62,316 nt of DNA from Gemmatimonadota bacterium. Its GTDB lineage: Bacteria > 4572-55 > J002. Positions 10,679-21,652 of the stretch are shown one piece after another; position 1 is the first letter of the stretch; every line of letters starts with the position of its first letter. Made by a program: the position numbers and the translations under genes. The notes under the pieces were generated by a model that was not told the origin of the DNA, ran no database searches, and was given only the letters and a program-made list of their open reading frames with translations. The stretch spans positions 1 through 62,316 of the forward strand of contig RFFQ01000075.1 of NCBI GenBank assembly GCA_003697105.1, in the 5' to 3' direction.

Positions 10679-10707
10679 AATATAGCCCCTGAAGTGAATC
10701 TAGTCAA
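10679..10707 (-). promoter_or_regulatory. Putative sigma70 promoter of the tRNA-Ser pair
   Basis: TTGACT-17 bp-TATATT, about 30 bp upstream of tRNA-Ser(TGA). Confidence 0.65.
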
Positions 10708-10760
10708 CAAAAAAATGGAACGGAGTTGACGGCGTATCCCGGCCCAAACGATAGAGAACA

Positions 10761-13313
10761 TTACCGGATCAGGATCATTTTTCGGGTCTGGTAGAAGTCA
10801 CCGGTATGCAACTGGTACACATACATTCCACTTTGTACTGCCTGACCCGCTTGATCCGTACCATCCCAAGGGATGGTGTACGATCCGGAGCTTTGCAACG
10901 GCTGGTACCACTGCCGGATCAACCGCCCCGCCAGATCATAAATGGATAACGTCACGTTTGCCACTCGGGGTAAATCGTACCGGATCGTCGTGTTTGGATT
11001 AAACGGATTGGGCACATTTTGATATAGCTCAAATTGCGACGGGGTCGTAACGGTGGTAAGCTGGGGTTCCACATCCACATACAACTCGCTACCATAAATC
11101 GCAAAATTATCAATGAACCATCCCCATAGCATCCGATTTGTACTAGAGAAGCGAAAGCGGATCATAATGCGCTGAAATGCATAGGGTAGCAGGTCAAAAT
11201 AATCCCGCCGCCAACCGTTACTATCGCCGGTAAATCCGGGACGACCGCCAAGCGCCACCACGGATGCATCCGGATACCCCCCTACCGGATGAAGGATCGT
11301 CCATGTTTCGCCATTATCTACCGAAATTTGCACGTTACCGCCATCCCACCCTTCCACGGTGCTGTACCAGTGGTAAAAAGCAATCCCAAAACGTCCGCTA
11401 CCATCCGAAGTCATATTGTATTCAGGGGTGTAGAGGTAGGAATTCCGGTTTGGATCGTAACGATCATCCAGATCAATACCCCAGCACATGGAACCGGAAT
11501 AGGCGTGAGTGGGACCACCCGAGGGTAACGGTACTCCCCATTCCCATTCTGAACGGGTTTCGGTACCAAAATCACCGTCATCGGCTTCAAAATCAAAGAC
11601 CGGAACCACCCAGTATTCCACGTAGAGCGTTTCACCGGCAGTAATTGTCACCGTATCTTGCACCGAATCAAAACCGGAAGCAAACGCTTCTAACAGATAT
11701 TCCCCCGCAACCATATGTTCGACCTCAAAATAGCCGATTTCAGCATAGAGGGTATCCGGCGTCATTTCGGGATGGTGGAGCACAACCGTCACCGCCTCGA
11801 TAAAGGGAAAGTCACCACCCGCAACATTGAATACCCACCCTTCAAGGGACCCTCGCCCCAGCGGGCGTAAGGGGAGGTCAACGGGTGTAGGCACATCTTC
11901 ATGGATAGTCACGGTGAAGGTGGTATCCGCATAGCCAAAAGCGGAAACGGTTACGGTGTAATCCCCCGGGGAGAGCAACCGGTCATAGCGTCCAAATTGG
12001 GCATCGGTTACGCGGGGGGCAAACGTTTCCGGGAGTTCAATCTCTGCCACCTCAACTTCGGCGACGACCGGATCACCGGTTTCGGCGTCCGTGACATGCA
12101 ATTCCAGTTTCGACCGTAACGCCCGATCCATAAAATAAGTGGTGATCGGAAAACTCTCATCAATCCAACTTTGAATTTCGGAACCCGGCGGGATAAACTG
12201 GTTACACATCTCTACCGTATAGGAGAGCGTCCCCAGTTGGGAATACGCCCAATCCGTAAGATCACCATGTGTCGGATAAAGTTCGTACCCTTGCTGGGGT
12301 TGGTACCCGTTAATCGCCGCCATCGCGTAAGCCAGTTCGGTTAAAACATCTTCATCCGGAGCCGGATATTGCACCGAACTATACGGGTAGAGAATTAATT
12401 CCCCATGAGTATGAAATGTAATCAGTGAAACGGGACGTTGTTCAAGGCACAAATCCCGAATCGCCTGATTTTCCGGCTCAGAGAACGGCGCTTCCCCATG
12501 ATAGACCGGGTCGGCGGGGTCGGTTTCGCCATTTTCCCAACTATAACTATAATTCCGGTTGGGGTCCACCCCATCATAATCATCAATATATTCATTGTTA
12601 TTATTGTCATGGACATTTTTACGCCACCAGACATCAAAATCCGTCACCACCAAATGATGCCCATCGGGATTTAAGATAGGTATGAGCCAAATTTCGCTGT
12701 TATCCACGTATCGTTGAACCGCTTCGTTTTCGGCATACTCATCGGCAAGATACGTCAGGATTTCCATCACCATATTGACGGTGATCGGCTCTCGGGCATG
12801 ATGTAACCCACAAAACAGGACGGCGGGCTCATCTTCCTCGACTTCCACATTGTCAGAAATTTTTACCGCCCAAATATCATGAGGTAGATAATCGTTATCA
12901 TTCGGTCGATTGACCTTCGCCCACGAATCCCCAATATCATAAACCTTGAAAATATCGGGATAGAGGTTTTCGTAAAGTTGGATGGTCTCGACCACTTCGT
13001 CATAGCTGTCGTACTCGGAATCAATGGTAATATCACCCAAAGAGTCAATCAACACGGAATAGGAATACCCGGCACGAGTCAAAGCGGCGGCTTGCTCCGG
13101 TGTTACGATCACTTCCATGTATTCATTGGGACGGAGGGCACCATCTCCGGCTAAATCCAAATTGAAATCCCACAATCGCTGGTATTGTTCCGGGTCGGTG
13201 GTTTCAATTTTGATCAGCATGTGTTCCGGTTCGCTCGCCCAGAGTGTTACCGGATGCAACCCCCCACAGCACAGCATCAAAATTAAGAACATAAATGATA
13301 AATTCATACGCAT
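10761..13313 (-). CDS. Secreted M14 zinc carboxypeptidase (carboxypeptidase T-like) with regulatory, jelly-roll and FlgD/T9SS-like domains
   Basis: HHARE, NPDG, WRKN, GVDPNRNY, FSEPE, FHTHGELILYP, TVEM; C-terminal QNVPNPFNP. Confidence 0.92.
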   Translation of the reverse strand: MRMNLSFMFLILMLCCGGLHPVTLWASEPEHMLIKIETTDPEQYQRLWDFNLDLAGDGALRPNEYMEVIVTPEQAAALTRAGYSYSVLIDSLGDITIDSEYDSYDEVVETIQLYENLYPDIFKVYDIGDSWAKVNRPNDNDYLPHDIWAVKISDNVEVEEDEPAVLFCGLHHAREPITVNMVMEILTYLADEYAENEAVQRYVDNSEIWLIPILNPDGHHLVVTDFDVWWRKNVHDNNNNEYIDDYDGVDPNRNYSYSWENGETDPADPVYHGEAPFSEPENQAIRDLCLEQRPVSLITFHTHGELILYPYSSVQYPAPDEDVLTELAYAMAAINGYQPQQGYELYPTHGDLTDWAYSQLGTLSYTVEMCNQFIPPGSEIQSWIDESFPITTYFMDRALRSKLELHVTDAETGDPVVAEVEVAEIELPETFAPRVTDAQFGRYDRLLSPGDYTVTVSAFGYADTTFTVTIHEDVPTPVDLPLRPLGRGSLEGWVFNVAGGDFPFIEAVTVVLHHPEMTPDTLYAEIGYFEVEHMVAGEYLLEAFASGFDSVQDTVTITAGETLYVEYWVVPVFDFEADDGDFGTETRSEWEWGVPLPSGGPTHAYSGSMCWGIDLDDRYDPNRNSYLYTPEYNMTSDGSGRFGIAFYHWYSTVEGWDGGNVQISVDNGETWTILHPVGGYPDASVVALGGRPGFTGDSNGWRRDYFDLLPYAFQRIMIRFRFSSTNRMLWGWFIDNFAIYGSELYVDVEPQLTTVTTPSQFELYQNVPNPFNPNTTIRYDLPRVANVTLSIYDLAGRLIRQWYQPLQSSGSYTIPWDGTDQAGQAVQSGMYVYQLHTGDFYQTRKMILIR

Positions 13314-13507
13314 GAGTTACCTCCTGCCATATTAACAATAAGATAAAAGGAAGACGATACTACCAAACCGCATGGGGAAAATCGGCGGCGAAAATAATGC
13401 CGATGACCACAAGTAGGAAAGAGAAATGGGAGAAAACTAAATAGAGGCGTGGGGAATCTTGAAGCACGTATAAAATAGTGATTCTACGAAAAAACGCAAG
13501 ACTAAAC

Positions 13508-13542
13508 AAAAACTCCCGACAAGGCACGTGCCGGGAGTTTTT
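13508..13542. terminator. Intrinsic terminator (bidirectional type)
   Basis: AAAAACTCCCG...CGGGAGTTTTT inverted repeat just after the 13570 stop. Confidence 0.75.
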
Positions 13543-13569
13543 CAACCCATTAAAATTCAAATGTTTTGA

Positions 13570-14883
13570 TTATCTGAGTAAGACCATTTGACGGCTCCAT
13601 TGTCCTTGAGGGGTCGTCAAAATATACATGTAGGTGCCACTGGGAACCGCTTGACCGAATTGATCCGTACCCTGCCAATCCAAAGTATAAGTACCGGGGG
13701 CTAACCGTTGGTGAACAAGGTCGGTCAGGTGTTCGCCTTTGATGGTATAGATTGAAAGCGTTACCGGACTCGCCACCGGTAAATCGAATGAGATCGTCGT
13801 ATTCGGGTTGAACGGATTGGGGAAGTTCTGTGCCAAATGTACGTGTGGAGGAATATTGATGGATGCTACCGTGGGTTCAACATTTACATATTCTGTAATC
13901 AGAACCGGATTGGATGGCTCACTTTCCCCTAAGGTGTAGCGAGCAACCACAGTATATTCCCGATCCATAATTTCCATAACCCGGTGCGTATATTCAGTTT
14001 GACCGGCATCCACCCTATCCAACAAATAAGGTTCTGCGCCATTTTCACTCAAATATATGTGGTATTCAACTAAGGTATCCGTTGTGGCGGGTTGGGTCCA
14101 TTCCAAATCGATTTCGTAAATGGGTCCATTTTTGATGGTCAACCGTGCCCTTAAACTTTGGGGTGCCGGCAGGAAATCCCGTACCTGAAAGAACTCTAAA
14201 ATTTCCCCCATGAGTGCTCGCATTGGCGTTTCTTCTTCAGAGGTATTCTGAAAGCCTCCTAGTTCCACACTCAATCCCACCGTCCGGAAATAGTAATCCG
14301 AGCTTATTTTGGCAATTCCCACGGTAAAACGAGGCTCTTCATTCTCAAGAATCGTAAACCCTTCATTTCTGGGATAAAGTTGGTCGATATATTGATTCTC
14401 GCCCTCATACGAGAAGGTCATGCCCGCGGTAAAGGTGTTCTCAATACCTAGAACTCGGTCGATAATTGCCTCCGAATCCCCATCATTCATGGCCCCAATC
14501 CCAAACAAATCCCGTAAGGAAGCCCATTGCGGGTCATAAAACCAAATATCACCACCTTCTAAAAAGATACAGCCCCCTTCCATCAGGTACTGGGCTAATC
14601 GGGTGGATTCTGTAAATGAGAGAACATGATTATAGGGAAATACCCCTAAGGAGACAAAAATAGCGCGGTATTGGCGGAGGTCTTCGTTGGTTGGCAAATC
14701 ACCTGTGCTATATTGATGGTTGACTTGCCATTCTTCACATGTGGATGCCCAAGCAGGACCCGTCAGGGGGGTTGGATCCGGGTCCCAAATGTACACTTCG
14801 GTAATCGCCCAGCTTGTGGACACATTCAAGCTAATCGCGAGTAAAACTGAACACAAAAACAAAGAACGTTTCATCTCCCTCAC
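13570..14883 (-). CDS. Secreted hypothetical protein: uncharacterised alpha/beta domain, FN3-like domain and FlgD/T9SS-like C-terminus
   Basis: Signal peptide. LEGGDIWFYDP domain shared with the 1555 protease. LPAPQSL...LEW...Y...ESEPSN FN3 pattern. QNFPNPFNP. Confidence 0.75.
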   Translation of the reverse strand: MREMKRSLFLCSVLLAISLNVSTSWAITEVYIWDPDPTPLTGPAWASTCEEWQVNHQYSTGDLPTNEDLRQYRAIFVSLGVFPYNHVLSFTESTRLAQYLMEGGCIFLEGGDIWFYDPQWASLRDLFGIGAMNDGDSEAIIDRVLGIENTFTAGMTFSYEGENQYIDQLYPRNEGFTILENEEPRFTVGIAKISSDYYFRTVGLSVELGGFQNTSEEETPMRALMGEILEFFQVRDFLPAPQSLRARLTIKNGPIYEIDLEWTQPATTDTLVEYHIYLSENGAEPYLLDRVDAGQTEYTHRVMEIMDREYTVVARYTLGESEPSNPVLITEYVNVEPTVASINIPPHVHLAQNFPNPFNPNTTISFDLPVASPVTLSIYTIKGEHLTDLVHQRLAPGTYTLDWQGTDQFGQAVPSGTYMYILTTPQGQWSRQMVLLR

Positions 14884-15085
14884 CTTTCTTCCAGCTAGCA
14901 GGATGAGTATAGGTAGCCCTTTTTCTACCTAGTTGGATAAATAATAGAACATGCGTTCCCTGTTTGTCAACGTAAAAATGGAAAATGTCATAAAAAAAGT
15001 GACAGTTCCGCCGGTGCGAATAGGTACAGCGCGTGTTGAAGCGCATTGCACCCGTATTCACCAATAAGGTGCATCATTTTTCTGC

Positions 15086-15114
15086 TTGACACATGCGGGG
15101 TTTTCGCATAGTTT
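15086..15114 (+). promoter_or_regulatory. Putative sigma70 promoter for the small ORF and ppdK
   Basis: TTGACA-17 bp-TAGTTT. Confidence 0.5.
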
Positions 15115-15168
15115 CACAGCCGATAAAAAGAGGTTTTAACCTTTTAACAGGAGTGTGTTACTATCATC

Positions 15169-15381
15169 ATGCGCATCTTTTTTTTAATAGTACGAGTACT
15201 CTTTCGGGCATTACGTATCCAATCGGTACGCTACCTTCGAGAACACGTGGTTCAACCTGTAAAATCAGCCATTACGAGACCATCCGTGGATCAAGGGTAT
15301 CCACCCGTGAATCCCAAACTTGCCGAAGATGCGGATTATGAAATTGTAAACACACCCGGAAAAGAGTCAGGTCACATCTGA
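15169..15381 (+). CDS. Small hypothetical protein (70 aa)
   Basis: AGGAG RBS upstream, lies between the promoter and ppdK, hydrophobic/basic N-terminus and acidic EDADYEIV tail. Confidence 0.5.
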   Translation: MRIFFLIVRVLFRALRIQSVRYLREHVVQPVKSAITRPSVDQGYPPVNPKLAEDADYEIVNTPGKESGHI

Positions 15382-15425
15382 TCCATTTTTTGTATTAATA
15401 ACTTTATCAATTTATGGAGGTTGTT

Positions 15426-18140
15426 ATGAGTCATAAGTGGGTTTATTTCTTCGGAAAAGGAAAATCCGAAGGAAATGCACAAATGGTCAATCTGCTCGGT
15501 GGCAAAGGTGCCAATCTGGCAGAAATGACAAACTTAGGCGTCCCCGTCCCGCCGGGTTTCACCATCACGACGGAGGTTTGTACAGAATTCTACAAAAATA
15601 ACCGGCAATATCCGGCAGATTTAGCCCCTCAGGTGGAAGAAAATCTGAAAAAACTAGAAGACGCCATGGGTAAAACGTTCGGCGACCCCTCAAATCCGTT
15701 GTTGGTTTCCGTGCGTTCTGGGGCACGCAAATCCATGCCGGGGATGATGGACACCGTCTTAAACTTAGGTCTAAATGATGAAACCACCGACGGCATGGCA
15801 AAACTCACCGGGAATCCACGATTTGCTTACGATAGCTATCGCCGGTTTGTCCAAATGTACGGCGATGTGGTGCTCGGTTTACAACCGGAAAATAAGGATG
15901 AAATCGACCCGTTTGAAGCCATCATCGAAAAGAAAAAAGAAGCACGCGGCATTCAACTCGATACCGAATTAACCACAGATGATTTGAAAGAGTTGGTTGC
16001 CGAATTTAAAGCCGCGATTAAAGAGCGCACCGGTCATGACTTCCCCACCGACCCCATGGAGCAACTGTGGGGCGCTATCGGAGCGGTGTTTGGTTCGTGG
16101 AACAATGAACGGGCGATTCAATACCGGAAGATGAACGGTTTCTCCGATGATTGGGGGACAGCGGTCAACGTCCAAGCGATGGTGTTTGGCAATATGGGCG
16201 ATGATTGCGCTACCGGCGTGGCGTTCACCCGAGACCCCGCCACCGGTGAAAAGCATTTTTACGGGGAATTCCTCGTCAATGCCCAGGGTGAAGACGTGGT
16301 TGCCGGAATCCGTACCCCGCAACCCATCGCCCAGATGGCAGAGATGATGCCCGAAATTTACCAGCAATTGGATGACATCCGGGACCGGCTGGAAAAACAC
16401 TACCGCGATATGCAAGACGTGGAATTCACGGTGGAAAAAGGGAAGTTATGGATGCTCCAAACCCGTGTTGGAAAGCGCACCGGTTTCGCCGCCTTCCGGA
16501 TCGCCGTCGATCTGGTGGAAGAAGGGATGATTACCAAAGAAGAAGCCCTGATGCGAGTAGAACCTGACCAACTGAATCAGTTGTTGCAACCGGTGTTCGA
16601 TTTCGACAGCAAGCGTCTGGCTGAAACAGAAGGGCACTTAATCGCCAAGGGGCTACCCGCCGGTCCAGGAGCGGCGTCTGGTAAGATTTATTTCAATGCG
16701 GAAGACGCCGAAGAAGCCGCTCTCAAACGGAATGAAGCTGTCATTCTCGTCCGTCTGGAGACCTCCCCGGAAGATATTCGGGGCATGGCGGCTGCAAAGG
16801 GTATTCTGACCGCACGCGGCGGAATGACCAGCCACGCGGCATTGGTAGGGCGTCAGATGGGCAAGGTCTGTGTGGTCGGTTGCGGCGCCCTGAACATTGA
16901 TTACACCAAACGGCAATTCTCTGTCGGAGATGTCGTGTGTAAAGAAGGCGATTATGTCTCCATTGATGGATTCACCGGAGAAGTGTTTGCGGGGCAAATC
17001 CAAACCAAGGATTCGGAAGTGATCGAAGTGCTGATCCAGAAGAGCCTGAAACCGGAAGATGCGCCGGTTTATCACACCTACGAAAAGATGATGCAATGGG
17101 CAGACGAAGTCCGCAAGTTGGGGGTGCGTACCAATGCCGATCAGCCCGATCAGTGTGAAAATGCAATTGCCTTCGGTGCGGAAGGTATCGGATTAACCCG
17201 TACGGAACACATGTTCTTTGAAGGAGATCGGATTACCGCCGTCCGGGAAATGATCGTCGCGGAAGATGAAGCCGGTCGCCGTAAAGCCTTGAATAAACTT
17301 CTCCCCATGCAAAAAGGTGACTTCAAAGGCATCTTCAAAGTAATGACCGGCAAGCCGTGCACCATCCGGTTGCTAGACCCACCCTTGCATGAGTTCCTGC
17401 CTCATAATGAAGCGGAGATCAAGGAGCTTGCTGCCACACTAGGTGTTGATTTTGAACATCTGAACGCCATCATTACCAGTCTGGAGGAATCCAACCCAAT
17501 GCTGGGTCACCGCGGTTGCCGTCTGGGCAATACCTATCCCGAAATCACGGAAATGCAAGTCCGTGCCATCATGGAAGCCGCTTGTGAAGTGAAAAAGGAA
17601 GGTTTTGATCCCCATCCAGAAATCATGGTACCGTTGATCAGCAGTAAAGAAGAATTAGCCATGCAGCGTCAAATCGCCCAAAAGGTGATTGATGAGGTCT
17701 TGGCAGAAAACGACATGGAAGTACCCTACCTGATCGGGACGATGATCGAAATTCCGCGCGCCGCGCTCACTGCGGATGAAGTCGCGGAAGTCGCGGATTT
17801 CTTCAGCTTTGGCACCAATGACTTGACCCAAACCGGTTTTGGTATTAGCCGCGACGATTCCAATAAATTCATGCCCCATTACCTTGAAAAAGGCTTGTTC
17901 GAGCATGATCCATTTCAGAAACTCGATCAAAAAGGGATTGGCAAATTGGTCGCGTGGGCAACGGAAAACGGCCGTAAAACCCGCCCGGATTTGAAGGTTG
18001 GAATTTGCGGTGAACATGGCGGTGAACCCAGTTCTGTGGAATTTTGCCACCGCATCGGCTTGAATTATGTCAGTTGTAGCCCGTTCCGGGTACCCATTGC
18101 GCGTTTGGCAGCGGCTCAAGCGGCACTGCGCGATAATTAA
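15426..18140 (+). CDS. ppdK: Pyruvate phosphate dikinase
   Basis: [26 protein letters not shown] (phospho-His), [20 protein letters not shown] 15426 follows GGAGG. Confidence 0.98.
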   Translation: MSHKWVYFFGKGKSEGNAQMVNLLGGKGANLAEMTNLGVPVPPGFTITTEVCTEFYKNNRQYPADLAPQVEENLKKLEDAMGKTFGDPSNPLLVSVRSGARKSMPGMMDTVLNLGLNDETTDGMAKLTGNPRFAYDSYRRFVQMYGDVVLGLQPENKDEIDPFEAIIEKKKEARGIQLDTELTTDDLKELVAEFKAAIKERTGHDFPTDPMEQLWGAIGAVFGSWNNERAIQYRKMNGFSDDWGTAVNVQAMVFGNMGDDCATGVAFTRDPATGEKHFYGEFLVNAQGEDVVAGIRTPQPIAQMAEMMPEIYQQLDDIRDRLEKHYRDMQDVEFTVEKGKLWMLQTRVGKRTGFAAFRIAVDLVEEGMITKEEALMRVEPDQLNQLLQPVFDFDSKRLAETEGHLIAKGLPAGPGAASGKIYFNAEDAEEAALKRNEAVILVRLETSPEDIRGMAAAKGILTARGGMTSHAALVGRQMGKVCVVGCGALNIDYTKRQFSVGDVVCKEGDYVSIDGFTGEVFAGQIQTKDSEVIEVLIQKSLKPEDAPVYHTYEKMMQWADEVRKLGVRTNADQPDQCENAIAFGAEGIGLTRTEHMFFEGDRITAVREMIVAEDEAGRRKALNKLLPMQKGDFKGIFKVMTGKPCTIRLLDPPLHEFLPHNEAEIKELAATLGVDFEHLNAIITSLEESNPMLGHRGCRLGNTYPEITEMQVRAIMEAACEVKKEGFDPHPEIMVPLISSKEELAMQRQIAQKVIDEVLAENDMEVPYLIGTMIEIPRAALTADEVAEVADFFSFGTNDLTQTGFGISRDDSNKFMPHYLEKGLFEHDPFQKLDQKGIGKLVAWATENGRKTRPDLKVGICGEHGGEPSSVEFCHRIGLNYVSCSPFRVPIARLAAAQAALRDN

Positions 18141-18167
18141 CCACGTGTGTTTAATCCTGTAAGAAAC

Positions 18168-18204
18168 AAAAAACCCTGCTGGATGGCGTCTAGCAGGGTT
18201 TTTT
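18168..18204 (+). terminator. Intrinsic terminator after ppdK
   Basis: AAAAAACCCTGCT...AGCAGGGTTTTTT. Confidence 0.85.
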
Positions 18205-18338
18205 ATGGGCGGTGTGCCTAAAAAATTTCGATAGCGATGTCCACTGTTTTTGCCCTTGACAAACGGTGGTTCAGGTCTAAATTGAGAAGCACTTCGCCAT
18301 CCATCTCATTTTTACATTCTGTTTGTCAGGAGTTTTGC

Positions 18339-21300
18339 ATGTTGATGTTGCGTTTGTGTTGTGTTTTAATCGGCATTACTGCCGGAATAAGTTCCGGCGG
18401 GGCAGTCACCATTGATTTGGCTCAAGCGATAGATGCCAGCCAACCCCGTAATACGGTCTCCACCTTAAAATTGAGTGAGGGAGAACGGGATCAACTCATT
18501 GTGGGGCAAGCGGTGACCCTCCAACATTTTCAACTGGACCAAGATCATGCCGTCAATCTCACCTTACGGGTGTTCCAGCCGTGGACGGAAACCAGCCGGT
18601 TTGTGGTCGGCACGCCAGAAGGCGACCAACCCATTTCGCCCCCAACGATCCGGCTATTGCGCGGATCGTTGGAAAACGACCCGCAAGCCCAAGTCTTTTT
18701 AACCGTTGATGGCGCTGGTATTGGGCGAGGATGGGTTTACACCGGTACGAACTATTACCCCATTTTACCCGACGCCGACCGTGTTGCCGCCCAAACCCGT
18801 GCGGTAGAGTCGTTCACCCCGCAAACCTACTGCGCTACCCCCTCACCTGATGAAGACCCCGAAATTCTGCTGAATAACCTCCGCCCGGAAGCCAACTTAC
18901 GCGAACAAATTCTAAATTGTGATGTTGCCCTCGATTGTGATTATGATTACTACCTGCAACACAACGCTTCCGTGGAAGATGCTCAAAATTACGCCGCCAT
19001 GCTGGTGGGTGCCGTCAGCTTGATCTACGAACGGGATGTCCAAACCCATCTTAATATTTCCTATATGCGCGTGTGGGATACCCCCGACGACCCGTATGAT
19101 GAAGGGGATCTGAGCGGGCAGTTAAGCCAATTTCGCTCCTACTGGAATACCTACATGGGGCACGTGGATCGGGATGTGGCGCACTTGTTTACCAGCCGGA
19201 ACATCGGCGGTGGAATCGCTTACTTGCGAAATTTAGGAACATCCAGTGCCTATGCGGTCATCGGGGCAATGGATGGCACCATGCGCATCCCTTTTGAAGA
19301 AGGTCCCAACACGTGGGATGGTAGCACCTTTGCCCATGAACTCGGGCATAACTTTGCCTCCAGCCATACCCACTGCTACAACCCACCCATTGATTCCTGC
19401 TACAATGGTGAAGGCAACTGGGGATGCTACGCCGGGCAAGTCGTTGAAAGCCGGGGAACGATTATGAGCTATTGCCATCTGGTGGGCAGTGGTCAGGCAA
19501 ATGTGGATTTGAATTTTCACCCGCGGGTCCAAACTGTGATGTGGAATTACGCTCGTACCCGCTTGCCCGTCGTCCAGATGGCAAATGCCAATTTTGAGGT
19601 CGATGTGCGAGAAGGAGAACCCCCATTTGAAGCCATTTTTATCGATCATTCCAACGGCAACCCCGACATCACCAGTTGGCAATGGGATTTTAACAATGAT
19701 GGGGTGATCGATTCCGAAGAACCCGAACCCTCACCCCTGCTAGAACCGGGACATTATGATGTTAAATTGGTTGTCTCCAACGGGGTGGATACCGACTCCT
19801 TGATGTACACCAACTATTTGTGGGTCTATCAATTCACAACCTATGAAGGCGGCTCGATTGTGGAAGATGGCGGACGCTCCTTCGGCAGTGCATGGGCAGA
19901 TTACGATCAAGATGGTGATATGGATGCGTTTATCTCCAATATGTCCAATCAAGATAATTTCCTGTACCAAAACAATGGAGATGGTTCTTTTACCAAAATT
20001 ACCGAAGGCGAGATTGTCAACGACGGGGGTGCCTCTATGGGTGCGAGTTGGGGAGACTACAACAATGATGGTTACCCCGATCTGTTTGTGGCAAACACCG
20101 TCAATCAACCCAATTTTTTGTACCGAAATAACGGCGACGGTACATTTACCAAGATTACCGAAGGGGAAATCGTGACCGAAACCTCCAATTCATCCGGTGG
20201 CAGTTGGGGCGATTTTGATAACGATGGTTACCTCGATCTATTTGTCGCTAACAATGGTGTCAATTTTCTCTATCACAATAACGGTGACGAGACGTTCAGC
20301 CGCATCACCGAAGGCGAAATCGTTACAGATACCTTTAATTCCTTTGGGGGGAATTGGGCGGATGTGGATAATGATGGCGACCTCGACCTGTTTGTCGCAA
20401 ATAACGGCAATAATGCCCTGTATCTCAATCAGGGAGACGGTACATTTATCCCGTTAGCAGATGATCCGGTAGTGCAAGACGGTGCGAGTTCCAAAAATGG
20501 GAGTTGGGGCGATTATGATAATGATGGCGACCTCGACTTGTTCGTAACTAATGCTACGGATAATGCACTCTACACCAATAACGGGGATGGCACATTTGAA
20601 TTACAGTCGGAAAGTATCGTCTCTTCCAATGGTGGTATCTCTCAAAGCAGTAACTGGATGGACTTTGATAATGATGGCGACCTCGATCTATTTGTAACCA
20701 ATTCCAGCCAGACCAGCTTTTTCTATGAAAATCAAGGAGATGGTACGTTTATCGCCTTAAATGAACCGGTTATCCGGCTCAATGGTACGGCGATGGTCTG
20801 TAGCTGGATCGATTACAATCAGGATGGTGACCTAGACCTGTTTGTAGGGATGTACGGGCAGAATAATGCGATTGCCAATAACTACGGCAACACCAACCAT
20901 TGGCTGGCCCTCAAACTGACCGGTGTGGAATCCAACACCAGTGCCATTGGCGCTAAAGTGCGCCTCAAAGCGACGGTTGGAGGAGAACCGGTCTGGCAAA
21001 TGCGTGAAATTTCCGGACAGCACGGCTTCAACAGTCAAAATGGGTTTCTGGCACATTTTGGCGTGGGTGATGCCACCCAAATTGATTCTGTGGTGGTGGA
21101 ATGGACAACCGGCGCCGTGCAAGTCTTGACTGAAGTGGCAGTAGATCAAGTGCTAACTATCGTGGAAACGGGACAAACATCAACCGGAGCAATGGTCACC
21201 ACCGTTTACATTCCCACCACCTACCGGTTGTACCAAAATCACCCCAACCCATTTAACCCGCGCACAACAATCCGGTATGATCTGCCTCAAGCGGGGCATG

Positions 21301-21494
21301 TTAGTCTGCGCATTTATGATGTCACCGGGCAGTTGCTCAAAACGTTGGTGAATACAAACCAACCTGCCGGCGTCTATCAGGTAGAGTGGAACGGACGAGA
21401 TGAACACCAACAACCGGTCTCCAGTGGTATTTATTTTTATACCCTTCGCGTAGGCGAACACCGCCAAACCCGGCGGATGGTGGTGCTACAATAA
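18339..21494 (+). CDS. Secreted M12B/reprolysin-like metalloprotease with PKD, FG-GAP/VCBS repeats, ASPIC/UnbV and FlgD/T9SS-like domains
   Basis: HELGHNFASSH Zn motif, Met-turn TIMSYC, WDF PKD motif, about 7 WxDxDNDGxLDLFV repeats, AIGAKV...HFGVG ASPIC, QNHPNPFNP. ATG 18339 follows CAGGAG (track start 18237). Confidence 0.88.
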   Translation: MLMLRLCCVLIGITAGISSGGAVTIDLAQAIDASQPRNTVSTLKLSEGERDQLIVGQAVTLQHFQLDQDHAVNLTLRVFQPWTETSRFVVGTPEGDQPISPPTIRLLRGSLENDPQAQVFLTVDGAGIGRGWVYTGTNYYPILPDADRVAAQTRAVESFTPQTYCATPSPDEDPEILLNNLRPEANLREQILNCDVALDCDYDYYLQHNASVEDAQNYAAMLVGAVSLIYERDVQTHLNISYMRVWDTPDDPYDEGDLSGQLSQFRSYWNTYMGHVDRDVAHLFTSRNIGGGIAYLRNLGTSSAYAVIGAMDGTMRIPFEEGPNTWDGSTFAHELGHNFASSHTHCYNPPIDSCYNGEGNWGCYAGQVVESRGTIMSYCHLVGSGQANVDLNFHPRVQTVMWNYARTRLPVVQMANANFEVDVREGEPPFEAIFIDHSNGNPDITSWQWDFNNDGVIDSEEPEPSPLLEPGHYDVKLVVSNGVDTDSLMYTNYLWVYQFTTYEGGSIVEDGGRSFGSAWADYDQDGDMDAFISNMSNQDNFLYQNNGDGSFTKITEGEIVNDGGASMGASWGDYNNDGYPDLFVANTVNQPNFLYRNNGDGTFTKITEGEIVTETSNSSGGSWGDFDNDGYLDLFVANNGVNFLYHNNGDETFSRITEGEIVTDTFNSFGGNWADVDNDGDLDLFVANNGNNALYLNQGDGTFIPLADDPVVQDGASSKNGSWGDYDNDGDLDLFVTNATDNALYTNNGDGTFELQSESIVSSNGGISQSSNWMDFDNDGDLDLFVTNSSQTSFFYENQGDGTFIALNEPVIRLNGTAMVCSWIDYNQDGDLDLFVGMYGQNNAIANNYGNTNHWLALKLTGVESNTSAIGAKVRLKATVGGEPVWQMREISGQHGFNSQNGFLAHFGVGDATQIDSVVVEWTTGAVQVLTEVAVDQVLTIVETGQTSTGAMVTTVYIPTTYRLYQNHPNPFNPRTTIRYDLPQAGHVSLRIYDVTGQLLKTLVNTNQPAGVYQVEWNGRDEHQQPVSSGIYFYTLRVGEHRQTRRMVVLQ

Positions 21495-21652
21495 CGATCT
21501 CTTTCAAATATGGGAGTACCTATGGGGGTCACCGGGCGACGTGGGTTATAAGTGCGTCGCCGGTGTTACCCCCTGAAACCGGTACAACCCCCTACCCTCT
21601 TTCAATTCACGGAGAATCTGAGATTCTCTGAATTCATTAATTCATTATAGGA

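Noticed and set aside
20367-20686. Three identical 20-mers GATAATGATGGCGACCTCGA spaced exactly 150 bp apart, superficially CRISPR-like
   Set aside because: They are in-frame coding repeats (DNDGDLD) of the FG-GAP propeller; the spacers are too long and homologous to each other.
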